The notes beneath the pieces were generated by a model. It was not told where the DNA came from and made no database searches. It saw nothing but the letters and a program-made list of their open reading frames with translations. This document shows positions 29,073 to 42,363 of a stretch of DNA of 64,000 nucleotides, one piece after another. This DNA comes from Geosiphon pyriformis uo1 (lineage: Eukaryota > Fungi > Glomeromycota), in assembly GCA_016748015.1 (NCBI GenBank), contig JAAOMT010000468.1:620001-684000 (forward strand), read 5' to 3'. A program made the translations under genes and the position numbers. Each line of letters begins with the position of its first letter. Position 1 is the first letter of the stretch.

Positions 29073-30971
29073 ATAAAAATATTTTATTAAAATTGTTTTA
29101 AAAAATATAAGATGATTTGTTTATGAAGTTTTTTAAATAATTTATCATGTTTATTAAAAAATTAGATCTGAAATTCATGTTTTAGAAAACAGTTTGCTTA
29201 AAAATATAAACTGGATTAAATTATTGCTTATATAACACTATAATTTTTATATATTAACTGAATTTATGAGCAAATTTATTGCTGAATTGTATTTTTATTT
29301 TATAAAAATTTTATATTACAAACTACTAATGGCTATTTATAAGCATCTGTATAATAAATATTACTATAGTATTTTATGTTTGTTTTATAAAGATGTTAAA
29401 TTTTTGGATTATGTTTTTTCTTGCAGATTAAATAATAAAGCTTACAAAAAACTATTAAATAGTTATATAACTGTTTAGAAAATGTTTTTTAACTTGTTTA
29501 AAATCTATTTATGTATTTTACAGCTGTTTTTTTGTGCTTATTTGATATTGTAATATACTTAATTTTGTGTAAAAGATTTGTTTTTAAGAATTAATTTCAG
29601 AAATTTTTCTTGGTTTTTAAAAATGCTAAAGTTGTTGGCTATAAAATATAGATTTTATACATAGTTTTGAATTAATTTATAAGAATAATATTTGGCTTGT
29701 TTATTCTAAGTATTAGATTTTATTAGAAAAAAATAGTTTAATTTTATATAATAGAACTCTTTCTATAAATATTACTGGTTTGTTATCTGTTTTGTTTTGT
29801 GATATAATTAAGCTGCTTAGAATTACTAAAGCTTTTAGTATTAGTTTTGGTATATATAAATTGTGTTTTTTTTTCAAGTATTAAAAACATGGTTTTTGTA
29901 TATGTAAATATATAATATTGTTCTAATTGGTCTAAGTAGCTGATTATATGTAGTTAAATACATAATTTATACTTAGTTTAAATTACTTAGTTTAATGTAT
30001 TATACTAAACAGTATTTGAATTTTACTTATTAAACATAAAAAAAAATTATTATAATTAATATCTATAATTTATTTAAAAACAAGTTATTATTAATAAAAT
30101 ATTATATTATTAATATTATACAATATTTTGAAAATACATAAGTATATATTAAATAAATAAATTTTAGCATTATTAAAAAGTGTATTTAGATTTTTAAATT
30201 CTTAAACTTTTACAAAAATTATATAAAAAAGTTTTATTAATAATTATATAACATTTTAAGTTTAATAAGATATTATTTATAAAATAATTATAGTTATTCT
30301 TTTTAATACATTTTATAAGAAATAATTTTTTTATTTAAATATTTTTTAAAATTTTTAAAATTATTTGTTTTAAAAATATAAGAAACAATTTTTTCTTTTT
30401 AAGCTTTCTTTAAAATGCTTTTAATAATGTTGTAATTTCTTGGTTTCATAATAAATTTGATGTAAATTAGTTTTATATTTATATATTTTTATATTTATAT
30501 AATCTTATATTAATTATAATTAAATTTAATATTAGTTATATTTTAACATAATATTAATTTAAACTGTAATTTACATTAATTTATATACAATAGTTGTAAA
30601 TAATCAAAAATGTTTTAGTTAAATGAATCATATCAGCCTTTTATTTATGTTATATAATAAAATGTTGTTTTGTTATAACATATACCAAATTTAAATATAT
30701 AAAATATTATTTGTTTGTTTGAATTATTTTTATTGTTTAATTGAACATATAAATTTCTTAATTCAATAATTTATTATTTTATATTAAAACATATGATATT
30801 TGTTAAAATAATTAAAAATATTAAGTTTTATTCTAATAACATTCCTCTTTGACGCGTCAAATTAGTTACCTATAACTATATTGTACGACAATCCGATGAT
30901 CGTAATCCTCAAATAAAAAGGTATTGAAAAAAACTTTTAAGTCATTTTTGGTATTATCAAATATCTTCAAA

Positions 30972-32362
30972 ATGGACGAAATTGGCCTCGAAGAACCTGT
31001 TTCAGCACTGACTGTAACTAGCGAAATCCTGGAAGAACTTAGCGATGAGGATCTATATACAAAACTCAAAAAACTCCAAAGGCATCTTGAATTTCTTGAA
31101 TTGCAAGAGGAATACATAAAAGACGAACAGAAAAACCTAAAACGAGAATTGATCAGAGCTCAAGAAGAAGTTAAGCGTATTCAGTCCGTTCCGCTGGTAA
31201 TTGGCCAGTTTTTGGAACCAATTGATCAGCATACCGGGATTGTTGGTTCAACGACTGGATCGAACTATGTTGTCCGCATTCTCAGCACAATTGATCGTGA
31301 ACTTCTCAAGCCTTCTTCTTCCGTCGCTTTGCATCGGCATTCCAATTCACTTGTCGATGTATTGCCACCAGAAGCTGATAGTAGCATAGCTATGCTGGGT
31401 GCTGACGAGAAGCCCGACGTTGCATACGCTGATGTAGGAGGTCTTGATATACAAAAGCAGGAAATTCGAGAAGCTGTGGAACTACCCTTAACACATTTTG
31501 ATCTTTACAAGCAAATTGGCATTGATCCCCCGCGTGGGGTCTTACTGTATGGTCCACCAGGTACTGGAAAGACTATGCTTGTTAAAGCAGTTGCTCACCA
31601 TACCACTGCCTCTTTTATTCGGGTGGTTGGCTCAGAATTTGTGCAAAAGTATTTGGGAGAGGGTCCTCGAATGGTGCGCGATGTTTTTCGATTGGCAAGA
31701 GAAAATTCTCCTGCTATAATCTTCATTGATGAGATTGATGCGATCGCAACAAAACGATTTGATGCCCAAACTGGTGCAGATCGGGAAGTTCAACGAATAT
31801 TGTTAGAATTACTAAATCAAATGGATGGGTTTGATCAGACATCTAATGTTAAGGTAATCATATACTTCTCATAAATTTATTGGAAAATAACATTTTTTTA
31901 ATGTTATTTCAAACATATGCTTGTTCAGGTTATAATGGCAACAAATAGGGCTGATACTTTGGATCCTGCTTTGCTTAGACCTGGACGCCTTGACCGTAAA
32001 ATTGAATTTCCTATTCCTGATCGCCGCCAAAAACGATTAATTTTCACTACCATTACTTCATCAATGAATTTATCTGAAGAAGTGGATTTAGAAGATTGTA
32101 AAATATCACCTATATTTTTTCTCAATTGCGTACATTTTTTTCCTTTGAAATTTAATATTAACATAATAAATTTTACTATTTAATAATCTTAGTCGTATCT
32201 AGGCCTGATAAACTCAGTGGCGCTGAAATTCATGCGATATGTCAAGAAGCTGGAATGCAAGCTGTCCGCAAGAATCGTTATGTGATTCTCAGCAAGGATA
32301 TCGAAAAGGGTTATAAGGCCAACGTGAAGAAAGCGGATACGGACTTTGAATTTTATAAATAA
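30972..32362 (+). CDS. RPT3: 26S proteasome regulatory AAA-ATPase Rpt3 (subunit 6B), three exons
   Basis: [49 protein letters not shown]-terminal FEFYK. Confidence 0.98.
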
Positions 32363-34021
32363 AAAAAGTTATTAGAAGATTATCCTTTATTTATAATGCT
32401 GTTATAATTATAAGTCCATACAGCAAAATATCAAATTAAAAACTAAGATAACACTCAAAAATAGAAGGAAATCAATCTGATTCCTTTATTATTAATTACT
32501 TATTTATCAAGAGACACCATCCTTTAGACTATTAGGTATCATGTAAGGCGTGCTGCAACAAAGTAGACATTTAAGATGATGCTGCCTTCGGTGATGTTGG
32601 CCTAATATGTTTTTTTCTTAGCACCCAGAATATCCTTTTTGTTATTCTTGCTGTCGTCAAGATTGCTAGAATTAATCAAATAAGAGATATTCGGTTATAT
32701 TACTTTTTCTAGTTGTTGCTTAGTTTGTTCTAATTCAGTTTTAGTTTTTCCAACTCTCCATAGTCTCGGAATCGTTTAATTTGAAAGTAATTTTTTTTCA
32801 TTTTCCATGGTGCTTGAAAATTTGTTATCAGTCATCATTTTTGCGATTTATATCTGGAAAATAACAATTTTGGAGCAGAAAAAAGCTTTGAATTTTTCAT
32901 TTCAATAAAATTTTAACAGTAAAATCATAACAACCATTTTTGTCTTTTATTTTTTTCAGGTTTTAAGATCAATTAAATTTAATATTATTAAATAACAATT
33001 ACTCTATTATCTGAACAATATTATAAATATAGTTTTTTTATTAATTGTAAATACACCAAAATATTTATTATTTTGTATAAAAAAAAATAATTTTCTAATT
33101 TATAATTTTGAAAGATTAGTTTTTGAACAATAAATTGTATAAAGTTAAATTTTTTTATAATTTATAATTTATAATTTAATATTCAATTATATATTAATAT
33201 TTAATTATTTACTTTTAAATTAATTGTTATTATTAATTAATTATATTAATTAATATTTTTATTAACAATTAATAAATTATAATATCAATTTAAAATCTTG
33301 ATTTTTTGTTATATAAATAAAAAATGTAATTTAAGATAATTGACTAAAAAGATAATTGACTAAAAAAAATAAATAAATAAATAAATAATTAATTAATTAG
33401 AAAATCACTATTTAATTAAAAAGATGACAAACTAGAAAATGATATTGATTAATTAATTGATTAATTGAGAAAATATTATTAATTATATTAAAATAAAATG
33501 ACTAAAACTTAATAATTGGTAACATATATAAAAATCAATTATTTATTTATTGCTTTAGGGTTGTTGTTGTTACGCACAGAAAACATTTTCTTTAAAATCT
33601 CTTCGCCTATTTTTAATGCTATCTGTGTGGTCATCATAAAAAAAATGCAAGTTATGTTTGTATTGTTGAAATATTTGTCAGGTAGAAAAGAGTGGTATGA
33701 GTTCAAACTCTATATACTCGTAATGTCCTAAGTGATAGCAAAGTCTCTGCGGCAACAGGTTGTGAAGAAAGCTGTGGATCTTCAGTTTCCTCGTGATCAC
33801 CTGATTCCACTTTACAAGCAACAAATAATTAAATGGAATGCTTGACACACTTTTCTAGCCATTTATAAATTTTCGACTCGATGTTGTGTTGCCTTATCAA
33901 AGAGATCGTAAGCTTTCGACAATTTGGATTGCATGTTCAACTATATGTTGAACTCCTATCATTTTTGTCCATGTCAAAAAACCGAAGTTAAGTAATGCCA
34001 CTAAATCTAGGAAAAGACACA

Positions 34022-34145
34022 CTCACCCTTTGCCAAGACGCACTTGACAAAAGGTGCAAACTGCTCACCCTTTGCCAAGACGCACTTGACAAAAGGTGCA
34101 AACTGCTCACCCTTTGTCAAGATCCACTTGACAAAGGGTGCAAAC
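34022..34145. repeat. Three tandem 42-bp units, each internally palindromic
   Basis: Units start at 34022, 34064, 34106; third unit has the perfect stem CACCCTTTGTCAAG-ATCCA-CTTGACAAAGGGTG. Confidence 0.92.
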
Positions 34146-34580
34146 CGATCCTCCATTGCACTTGAATTAGAAATACAAACCTTTCTCCTACTCAAAACAC
34201 GACATACATGCTTGAGTTGTTCTTGCATTGATGTTTCTTGTAAGATCACAGAATTCATAAACTTGTAAAAAAGCATGGTGTATTATTTTGGGTTCAGAGC
34301 TGGGTAAGTTTGTGAAAGCCCATGCATCAAAGTTCATGAGGGACCAATGCTTTGGATGCGGTTGAAATTCTATAAAATATTTTTCACTCATTTTACTGGG
34401 CTACTGAGCAATAAGACGACCAGCATTCTTGATTTCTTCGCAATTCGATGTATCCCTTGCAAGAATAATATTCAAATATTTGTAAAAGGCATGATTTGTT
34501 GTCTTAATTTCGGAGTTTGCAATGTTGGTGTCAAAGTCTACAAGAGACCAAAGCTGCGGACAACAACAATAACGTGCTTT
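34146..34580 (-). pseudogene. Fragmentary gene with an internally duplicated unknown domain
   Basis: WSLVDFD..NIANSEIKTTNHAFYKYLNIIL and WSLMNFDAWAFTNLPSSEPKIIHHAF/YKFMNSVIL in tandem, broken by a stop and a frameshift. Confidence 0.45.
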
Positions 34581-35890
34581 ATTGATCGCGAAGCCACATG
34601 TGACGTTGAAAGTTCACATTGTCTGGTGTCTCGAATGCACAGAAATTAAATTTTGGCTGATTATTATGAAAGTGAGATTGTTGAATTTTCGAGAGAACCG
34701 ACTAAAAAAACGGGAGCAAAAAGGCTTATCCAATATAAATTGCATGTGCATATGACTATATTATAAGCGATAATATTCAAAAAATTATATATTCAGCGGG
34801 AGAATCAAATACTTAACAAAAGAATAATTTTTAAAAATTTTTAAGGGAGGAAATTTGCGAAACATCCCATGATTCCAATAACCTAATTATAATTAATGAA
34901 AAATTGGTTTAAACAATAGGAGACTACTGAATATGGTTAAAGGGGATGCAAAGAGCTTTGATCGGTAATGAAAGTCTATGAACAATAATTTATCGCTTTT
35001 TTTTCTTTCATTTATCATGAGTTTTTAAAGTTAAAAACGCCAAGTTCATAAAAGCCAAATTGCATTAAGATGCTTCGTGACATGGTAACATTAAAGCATC
35101 ATATGCAATTTTCATAATAGTTTAAAACAATAGTGTGATGATTTTACAAAATTCTCTTCAGGGGACAATCCAATCCTTGATTCAGACTGTATCATTTAGT
35201 TTTTATAATTTTCACAACCTAAGTTCTCATTGGCAAGTCTTTGTCAAAAAAACTTGATTTTGTGAAACTAATAATATTTTACCTCCAACTTAATATGTGT
35301 TCAATCGCGAACGATCACAGTCATTAGACAATCATTTCCCAAAAAACTGCGGAGACTGAAGCGTCAGAGAAAATTTATTAACCTTTATGAGCCCTCTACG
35401 TCGCACCGAACGTCTTATTCAGTTTGAGTGTCTGTTCTCTGTCTTGAACACTACCCTCTTCACCTGGGACTTGGTAGGAACCTCGAAGACCTTTTCCATC
35501 CTTCAAAGTGAAAAAAACTCAAAAAAATTATTTAATTGTTCTTTAATTTAAAAATATATTCTCTATTTAAACCATATCTTTATAAAAAGTAAAGTTAAAC
35601 TCTACTTTCATCAAATTTTACGCTTGATTTAAACATTCTAAGATTTTTTTAAGTATAAATAATACCGCGCGGGATTCTTCCCAACGGTATACCTTCATCT
35701 CGTATTATAACTTTAAGGACAATTTTATTTGGAAACTTTTACCCTTTCTTAAAAACTCGGGTCCTTGTTTCTCATCCAGTTTTCTTGATACATCACGTCT
35801 TTCTGGAATATCGGTCATCTCTCTTTTCATTTGATTTTAAAATTCCAAAATAAACATATAGAAAAACATACTTTTTAAAAAAACCATACC

Positions 35891-38800
35891 ATGGGTGATC
35901 AAAACAGAAACAACATTAGAGTTGTGTGTCGTTTCCGGCCACAAAATAAACGTGAAAATGCTGAAGGGGGTGTGCATATCATAAAGTTTGAGGATGATTC
36001 TATGGATACAGTGCGAATGGATGTGAGTATTACGAATAAAAATTGATTTCATGACCCAATTTCATAAATGTTTATCGATTTCAACAATACAATGGCTTTG
36101 ATAATTCTCACTGGTTGAAAAGTATAGAGATTAGAATAATCTCAAAAATCTTAACTAAAATCTTGATTTTACCATATCGATTCTGCTTCATCTTTGCCTT
36201 TCCCATTCGAAGGGATAATCCAATTCTCACATCTGAAAAATATCAGATCTTCCATCTTTCTTGCTACCTTACTCATTTGATTTCTTTGGATTGTGTTATA
36301 GATTGGAGCCAATTTAGAGAATGCATAAAGATAATTCAAATAAATTATTAATTTATTTGCTATTTTGTTTTTTTTAAAGGGCAAAGAATACCAGGGAAAT
36401 TTCACGTTCGATGCAATTTTTCCTACGAATACCGCTCAGAAGTCGGTCTTCGAGCATTCTATTAAACCTATTGTCGATGGTATGATTAATTTAAATTAAG
36501 GATTTTATTTTGTAAATCTGACTGATAGATTTTCCATAAAATTGTTTTAGATGTCATCGGGGGTTACAATGGAACCGTGTTTGCGTATGGTCAAACGGGG
36601 TCGGGTAAAACATTTACAATGATGGTATGATTCAAGTTTCAAACATATTTGTAATCAAAGTTAATATATTCATTAAGTGATCAACTCTAAGGGTGAAGAT
36701 TTCCTTAAACCTTTTATTGCGAAAATCTAGGGTGCTGATATTGACAACGAGGAATTAAAAGGTCTTATCCCACGTATTGTGGAACAAATTTTTCACGACA
36801 TTATTGAATCTCCATCAACGATGGAGTATACGGTCAAAGTTTCATATATGGAAATCTATATGGAGAAAATTCGTGATTTGTTAAATCGTGAGCTTTATTT
36901 TTTATTTATAATATATTATCATTGAAAAATTTTTCATATCACATGGAATATCCTTACTAATAGCCTCTCTCTCCATTTACAGCTCAAAATGATAACCTTC
37001 CGATTCATGAAGAGAAGAATCGAGGGGTATATGTAAAAGGTTTATTGGAGGTATACGTCAGTTCAGTACAAGAAGTTTACGAAGTCATGAAACGCGGTGG
37101 CAATGCTCGTGTAGTCGCTTATACAGGTAATTATCCATTTAATTATGCTTCTTCTTGATTAATTGCCTCAGATCATTAAATTGTACATGTTCATAAAGAT
37201 ATGAATGCTGAATCGTCGCGTTCGCATTCCATCTTTGTGATTACCGTCAGTCAAAAGAATCTCGTTGATGGCAGTGTGAAGAGTGGTCGACTTTCGCTGG
37301 TCGATTTGGCCGGTTCAGAAAAGGTATTGGATTAAATTTTCGCTTATTATGTATTCAATTTTTATTGGAAAAATTGAATACTCATTTTTCTAAAAATTAA
37401 ATCAGGTCGGCAAAACTGGTGCTTCGGGCCAGACTTTGGAAGAAGCAAAAAAAATCAACAAGTCTTTATCAGCGCTTGGTATGGTGATTAATGCCTTGAC
37501 CGACGGAAAGGTAATCCCTAATCGTAACATTTGAATCTTTAATATCCAAAACGTTGATATATTAAAACTATTTTTTCTCCGACTTAATCTTGAACAGTCA
37601 ACTCACATTCCCTACCGAGACAGTAAACTGACTCGTATTTTACAAGAATCTTTGGGTGGTAATTCTCGGACAACGTTAATCATTAATTGTTCCCCATCTT
37701 CATTTAACGAAGCCGAAACTTTGAGTACCTTGAGATTCGGTATGAGGTGAGTCTGAGGGATTACTTTTTACTCTGCAATAACATTTCTTACCACTGAACT
37801 TCCTAATTATACCGTTTACAGAGCAAAGAGTATTAAGAACAAGGCCCGAGTTAATGCTGAGCTCAGTCCGGCTGAACTAAAGGCACTACTCAAAAAAGCT
37901 AAAAACGAACAGGTTTCATTCCAACAATATATATCCGCATTGGAGGGCGAAATTGGTGTTTGGCGTTCTGGCGGTTCAGTCGCGAAAGAAAATTGGGTAT
38001 CAATGGAAAAAGCCACAGGTGGTGCTGTCGCGCCACCGACTCCCACCACTCCTGCTGTTACTGGACCTGTTAATCCGGCTGTTGAAGCAGCCAAACAAAA
38101 AGAACTTGAATCTCGACCTGGAACGCCTGCACCAGTATTAGAAAAGGATGAACGAGACGAATTCTTGAAACGTGAAAATGAACTCACTGATCAAATTGCT
38201 GAAAAGGAATCTGTTTTGGCTAAACAAGAGAAATTGCTGGTAGAAATGAAAGAGGAGCTCGGATACTTCAAAGAACAAGAAATGACGGCCACAAAGGTAC
38301 AGTGACCTAAAGTATTAACCAAAAATTTTTGAGCAGCTTCCAATCAAAGAAAACATTGCATCTCACTTTATTTATTTATTTATTTTTTTACTCAGGAAAA
38401 TAAAGAGATGGCTAGTGAGCTTAGCGAACTTAAATTACAACTCGAGAAGGTTACCTATGATAATAAAGAAAGTGCCATTACTGTAGACAGTTTGCGTGAA
38501 GCCAATATAGAGCTCACCCTTGAGCTTGAGCAGCTCAAGGTAAACCTCCTAATTCTTTACTGCTGGTGCATATTTTCGAACCTTCATCTCATTTATAATA
38601 ATTAACTCATGGTTACTCCTCAAAGAAATCTTTACTTGAGCTCAAGATTTCTCAAAAAGAAGGGGATAAAGAGCATAAGAAGCAAGAAAAGATGGCCCAA
38701 ATGTTGGCCGAGCTCGACCCATCAGGTGTCATATCAGCCAAAGAGAAACAGATCAGAGATACGCTTCTTAAACTCGAATCGATTGATGGACACGGATCAC

Positions 38801-40755
38801 CGGCCCTTACACAGGAAGAGCTCGTGTCTCTTCGACGAGAATTGGCAGATTCTACGAGTTTGGTTTCTCAACATGAACAAACAATTAGCGAACTACATTA
38901 CGAAAACGAGCATCTCACGAGGAAGCGGGATGAACTTGAGATTCGCTTGACAACCTTAGAGATAGAATATGAAGAACTATTAGGTGAGTATTTAATGGAT
39001 GCTCTCATCATTGAGTAAATTGAAATCTTTTTTAATTTATTCTTTCTACCAACAGATAAAACAATTGCTGATGAAGAAGCTAATAGTAAGATCGACATTA
39101 CAGAAACACTACAAGAGCTAAGGGTAAGTTTGTAAATGGTTTGTTCATTTTCAAAAAATTTATTCTCAACCCATTTTATTCGTACACTTTGGTAGGCTAA
39201 ACTCGAAGGTCAATATTCGGCTAAGAAAGAAGTCCAACAAAAGGAGATTGAAGAATTGAAATTTGAACTCGAAAAGAAAAACGAGGAGTTACATAAACTT
39301 AACAGGTAATTTAAAGTTTTTATTTATTGTTTGCCTTGTTTTTTATTCTCTCAATAATATTCTAAAATGAAACAATCCCATGAACACTCGCCAAATTCTA
39401 ACGATCCTAGTGCCCTTGGAGAATTAAAGAGAGCAAACCAAGAGTTACAGGTAATACTCTTTTTGAAAAGTGATGACACGGTGAGAATTGCAATATACAT
39501 GACATTATGTTTGAACTCTTAAATCTTTAATCTCATTCACATTGTAATACAGAACGCAATATCCGACAAAGAACCTCGGGGTGAAGGTCGCAAGGATAGC
39601 GCAGAGAAAGAGAAAGACATGGAAAGAATTCGAAAGACCATGGCTCAACAGTTGGCCGATTTTGATGTCATGAAAAAGGCACTGATGCGAGATCTCCAGA
39701 ATCGTTGCGAGAAAGTTGTCGAATTAGAAATCTCCTTGGATGAGACACGAGAACAATATAATAATGTTTTACGTAATAGCAATAACAAGGCTCAACAAAA
39801 GAAAATGGCCTTTTTGGAGCGAAACTTGGAACAACTCACAAACGTTCAAAAACAAGTAAATGTTTCTCTTCTATTTTACTCGACTTTTGAATTTCATTGA
39901 ATTCAATTTCACTGACCCTGTTTCATATTAATATATTTAGCTCGTTGAACAAAACTCATCACTGAAAAAAGAAGTAGCTATTGCAGAGCGAAAACTTCTC
40001 GCAAGAAACGAACGCATTCAGGCGCTGGAAGCCTTACTTCAAGATGCACAAGAAAAATTGACTACACAAAATCAAAAGTAAGGGTTTAGTATTTCCCTAG
40101 TGTGGAAACAGATTCTGATTTTTTGAAATAGCCAAATCTCTTTAACCTTCTACCAATCATAGGTTCGAGGCCCAATTACAAGCAGTTCGAGAACGATTAG
40201 AGCAAGCACGATGTATGTCACCGGAATATTTTTTGTTTATTTGATTTTTGACCGTTCCTTTACTGAACGGATTTTTTCAATTTTCAGCACAAAAATCTGC
40301 CAATTCAATGAACTTTAATTTTGGCCGCATCGCAGTACCTGTCAGAGGTAGAGGCCTCCCCCAATCGGAGGCCAATGGGTATGAGTTTGTGCCTAGTAGA
40401 AAACCCTAGTAGTCCGAACAATATTTTATTGACTTGTTTCACCACCTGTCCAGTGTCGATTTTGTTGGTGGTTCACCAACATCGACTATATTCGGTAAGC
40501 CTAGTAAATCTTGGGTCAGGATTTCTATACTCGGATCTCATTACGTCACTGGACAGGGAAATCTCAAACCTTGATTCTGCTAGTAACGTAATGAGATCCG
40601 AGTAGGAATAACTGCTTCAAAGAAAATTTTTACAAAGTCAAAATGCATCCGTGTTGCATAAATATTATTCTAACCGAACTTCTCTATTTAAATTAGCCTC
40701 AATAAAGGGCAGGAACGAACGACGAACATCATGGCTTTCCGGTTTCCGGTCATGA
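35891..40755 (+). CDS. KHC: Kinesin-1 heavy chain (conventional fungal kinesin), multi-exon
   Basis: [83 protein letters not shown]. Confidence 0.97.
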
Positions 40756-42363
40756 GACATGCATACTCCGTTCATTTCCTTTCTTTTTCTTATACTCCTT
40801 TTCTCCCTTTCCTTGGTGTCATCAAACACCATCATGTATTTATTTGTAGTTTTTTAGTATTTGCCTTTCTCTAGATTATTAACATATTAAGGATTTATGA
40901 GTGTCAATTTTTTTCAAATTTTTTAAACTAAGGAAAAGCCATCTGATCGTAGTTGTAATCAACTATTAAACTAGGAAGTTAAAGATTTTGGACTAGGGGC
41001 TTTCTTGAGTTGTTTAAGGGTCTCTGTTTAACCAAAATACCAAACAAATTAGTGAATTCTGAATGAAAATAATTCAGTTTCAAAAAAATTATCATGGAAA
41101 AACTTTACAATTTGAAATTTTTTTTTAATCGAAATTGTAACCTGATTTCTACTTTATCAAAATTCTTATAACCAATATAATAAATAATTTGATTGAAAAA
41201 GTGGTTCACATATTAATATATTATTTGAAGTTTTTTAAGTTAAATCTAATATTAATTTTAATTGTGTATTTATATATATTAAATATTATTTAAAAATCAA
41301 ATAAATAAATTATTAAGGTTTTATTTAAAATAATTATATTAAGATTGTATTTTAATTGTTGCATGGCTTTTATTAATTTAAAATTGGTTATTAAGAAAAA
41401 TATTAAACTGTTTTATATAAAATATTTATTTTAAGAATTTTTAAATGCTTTTATTAAAGATTGTAATAACATATCATTGTTTATTTGAAAAACTTAGTAT
41501 TTGTTAATTTTATTTTTTATTTTTAAATACATAATAAATGTAATAGGTAGTGATTGGGCCACACTTGTTAAATTAATATATATATATATATATGTAATAA
41601 TAAACCTAATCTAATATAATAATAAAGGCGTGTATGTGTGGCTAGTCACGTGTTGAAACCGTCTATAGTACCTAGATTAGGATTACACTTTGTTATAGCA
41701 AAAAATATATATATTCAAAAAATATTATTAATTGTTAAGATAATCGTTTTTGTGATATAATATATATGTAAAACAAGCAAAGCAATATAATTAAAAATAG
41801 CAAAAAACCCTGCTAAAAATGAAACGTAAAATAGGTTTAAAATCAGTTTGAATGGCTAGTCATGTGTAAAAAATGCATAATTTATATTTATTATAAACAT
41901 GTATATGTTAAATAGTATAAATAGTGAAAAAAAATTTAAATATAATACAATAAATTAAAGTGATTTTTAAAATCTATATATTTTAAATTGTAGGTATTAA
42001 AATAGATTAGACATTCGATTAACGCCTCATTTACATAAAAAATTCAATTATTTTATTCCTTGCACTATTATTTGAATAATTTAAATTCTCAAGGATGATA
42101 CCATGAGCGAATTTCCCTTCAATAGAGGATTTCTATCTAATCGATCATTACGAGAAAGTGTTCACAATAAATTGTTTGAGCTGAATCTGACCTCAAAGGA
42201 GGGACAGCCTGATTCTCGATCCAAAGAATCAACTTTGAAACTAGGAAAAATTTTCTGTTACAGCTGCAGTTCATTCGAATCACGTATAAGTACGAATGCA
42301 ACGATCGGGCCCAGCTAAAGTTCCCCATTTAGCATCTCAATATCGGAAAAATATTCATATTAT

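Larger units (their letters stand above)
22080..30046 (+). mobile_element. Heavily AT-eroded LINE (ORF1, APE, RT, RNase H relics, poly(A))
   Basis: Collinear with the LINE at 60.4-62.8 kb (APE start near 24330); relics of LQDMRKAYDSVGW (~26240-26290), AFVDDTIW (~26600) and YTDGS (~27650); 3' end matches 23087-23367; left boundary approximate. Confidence 0.75.

Noticed and set aside
22270-29478. Several N/K/I/F/L-rich ORFs in the ORF track
   Set aside because: Compositional artefacts of AT-eroded LINE sequence, not genes
20030-30840. Possible mitochondrial insertion or AT-rich endosymbiont DNA
   Set aside because: Sequence is collinear with nuclear LINE/LTR copies in this window; no organellar or bacterial genes recognised
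34022-34145. CRISPR-like palindromic repeats
   Set aside because: Linkers are identical 9-nt sequences, not unique spacers; eukaryotic context with no cas genes
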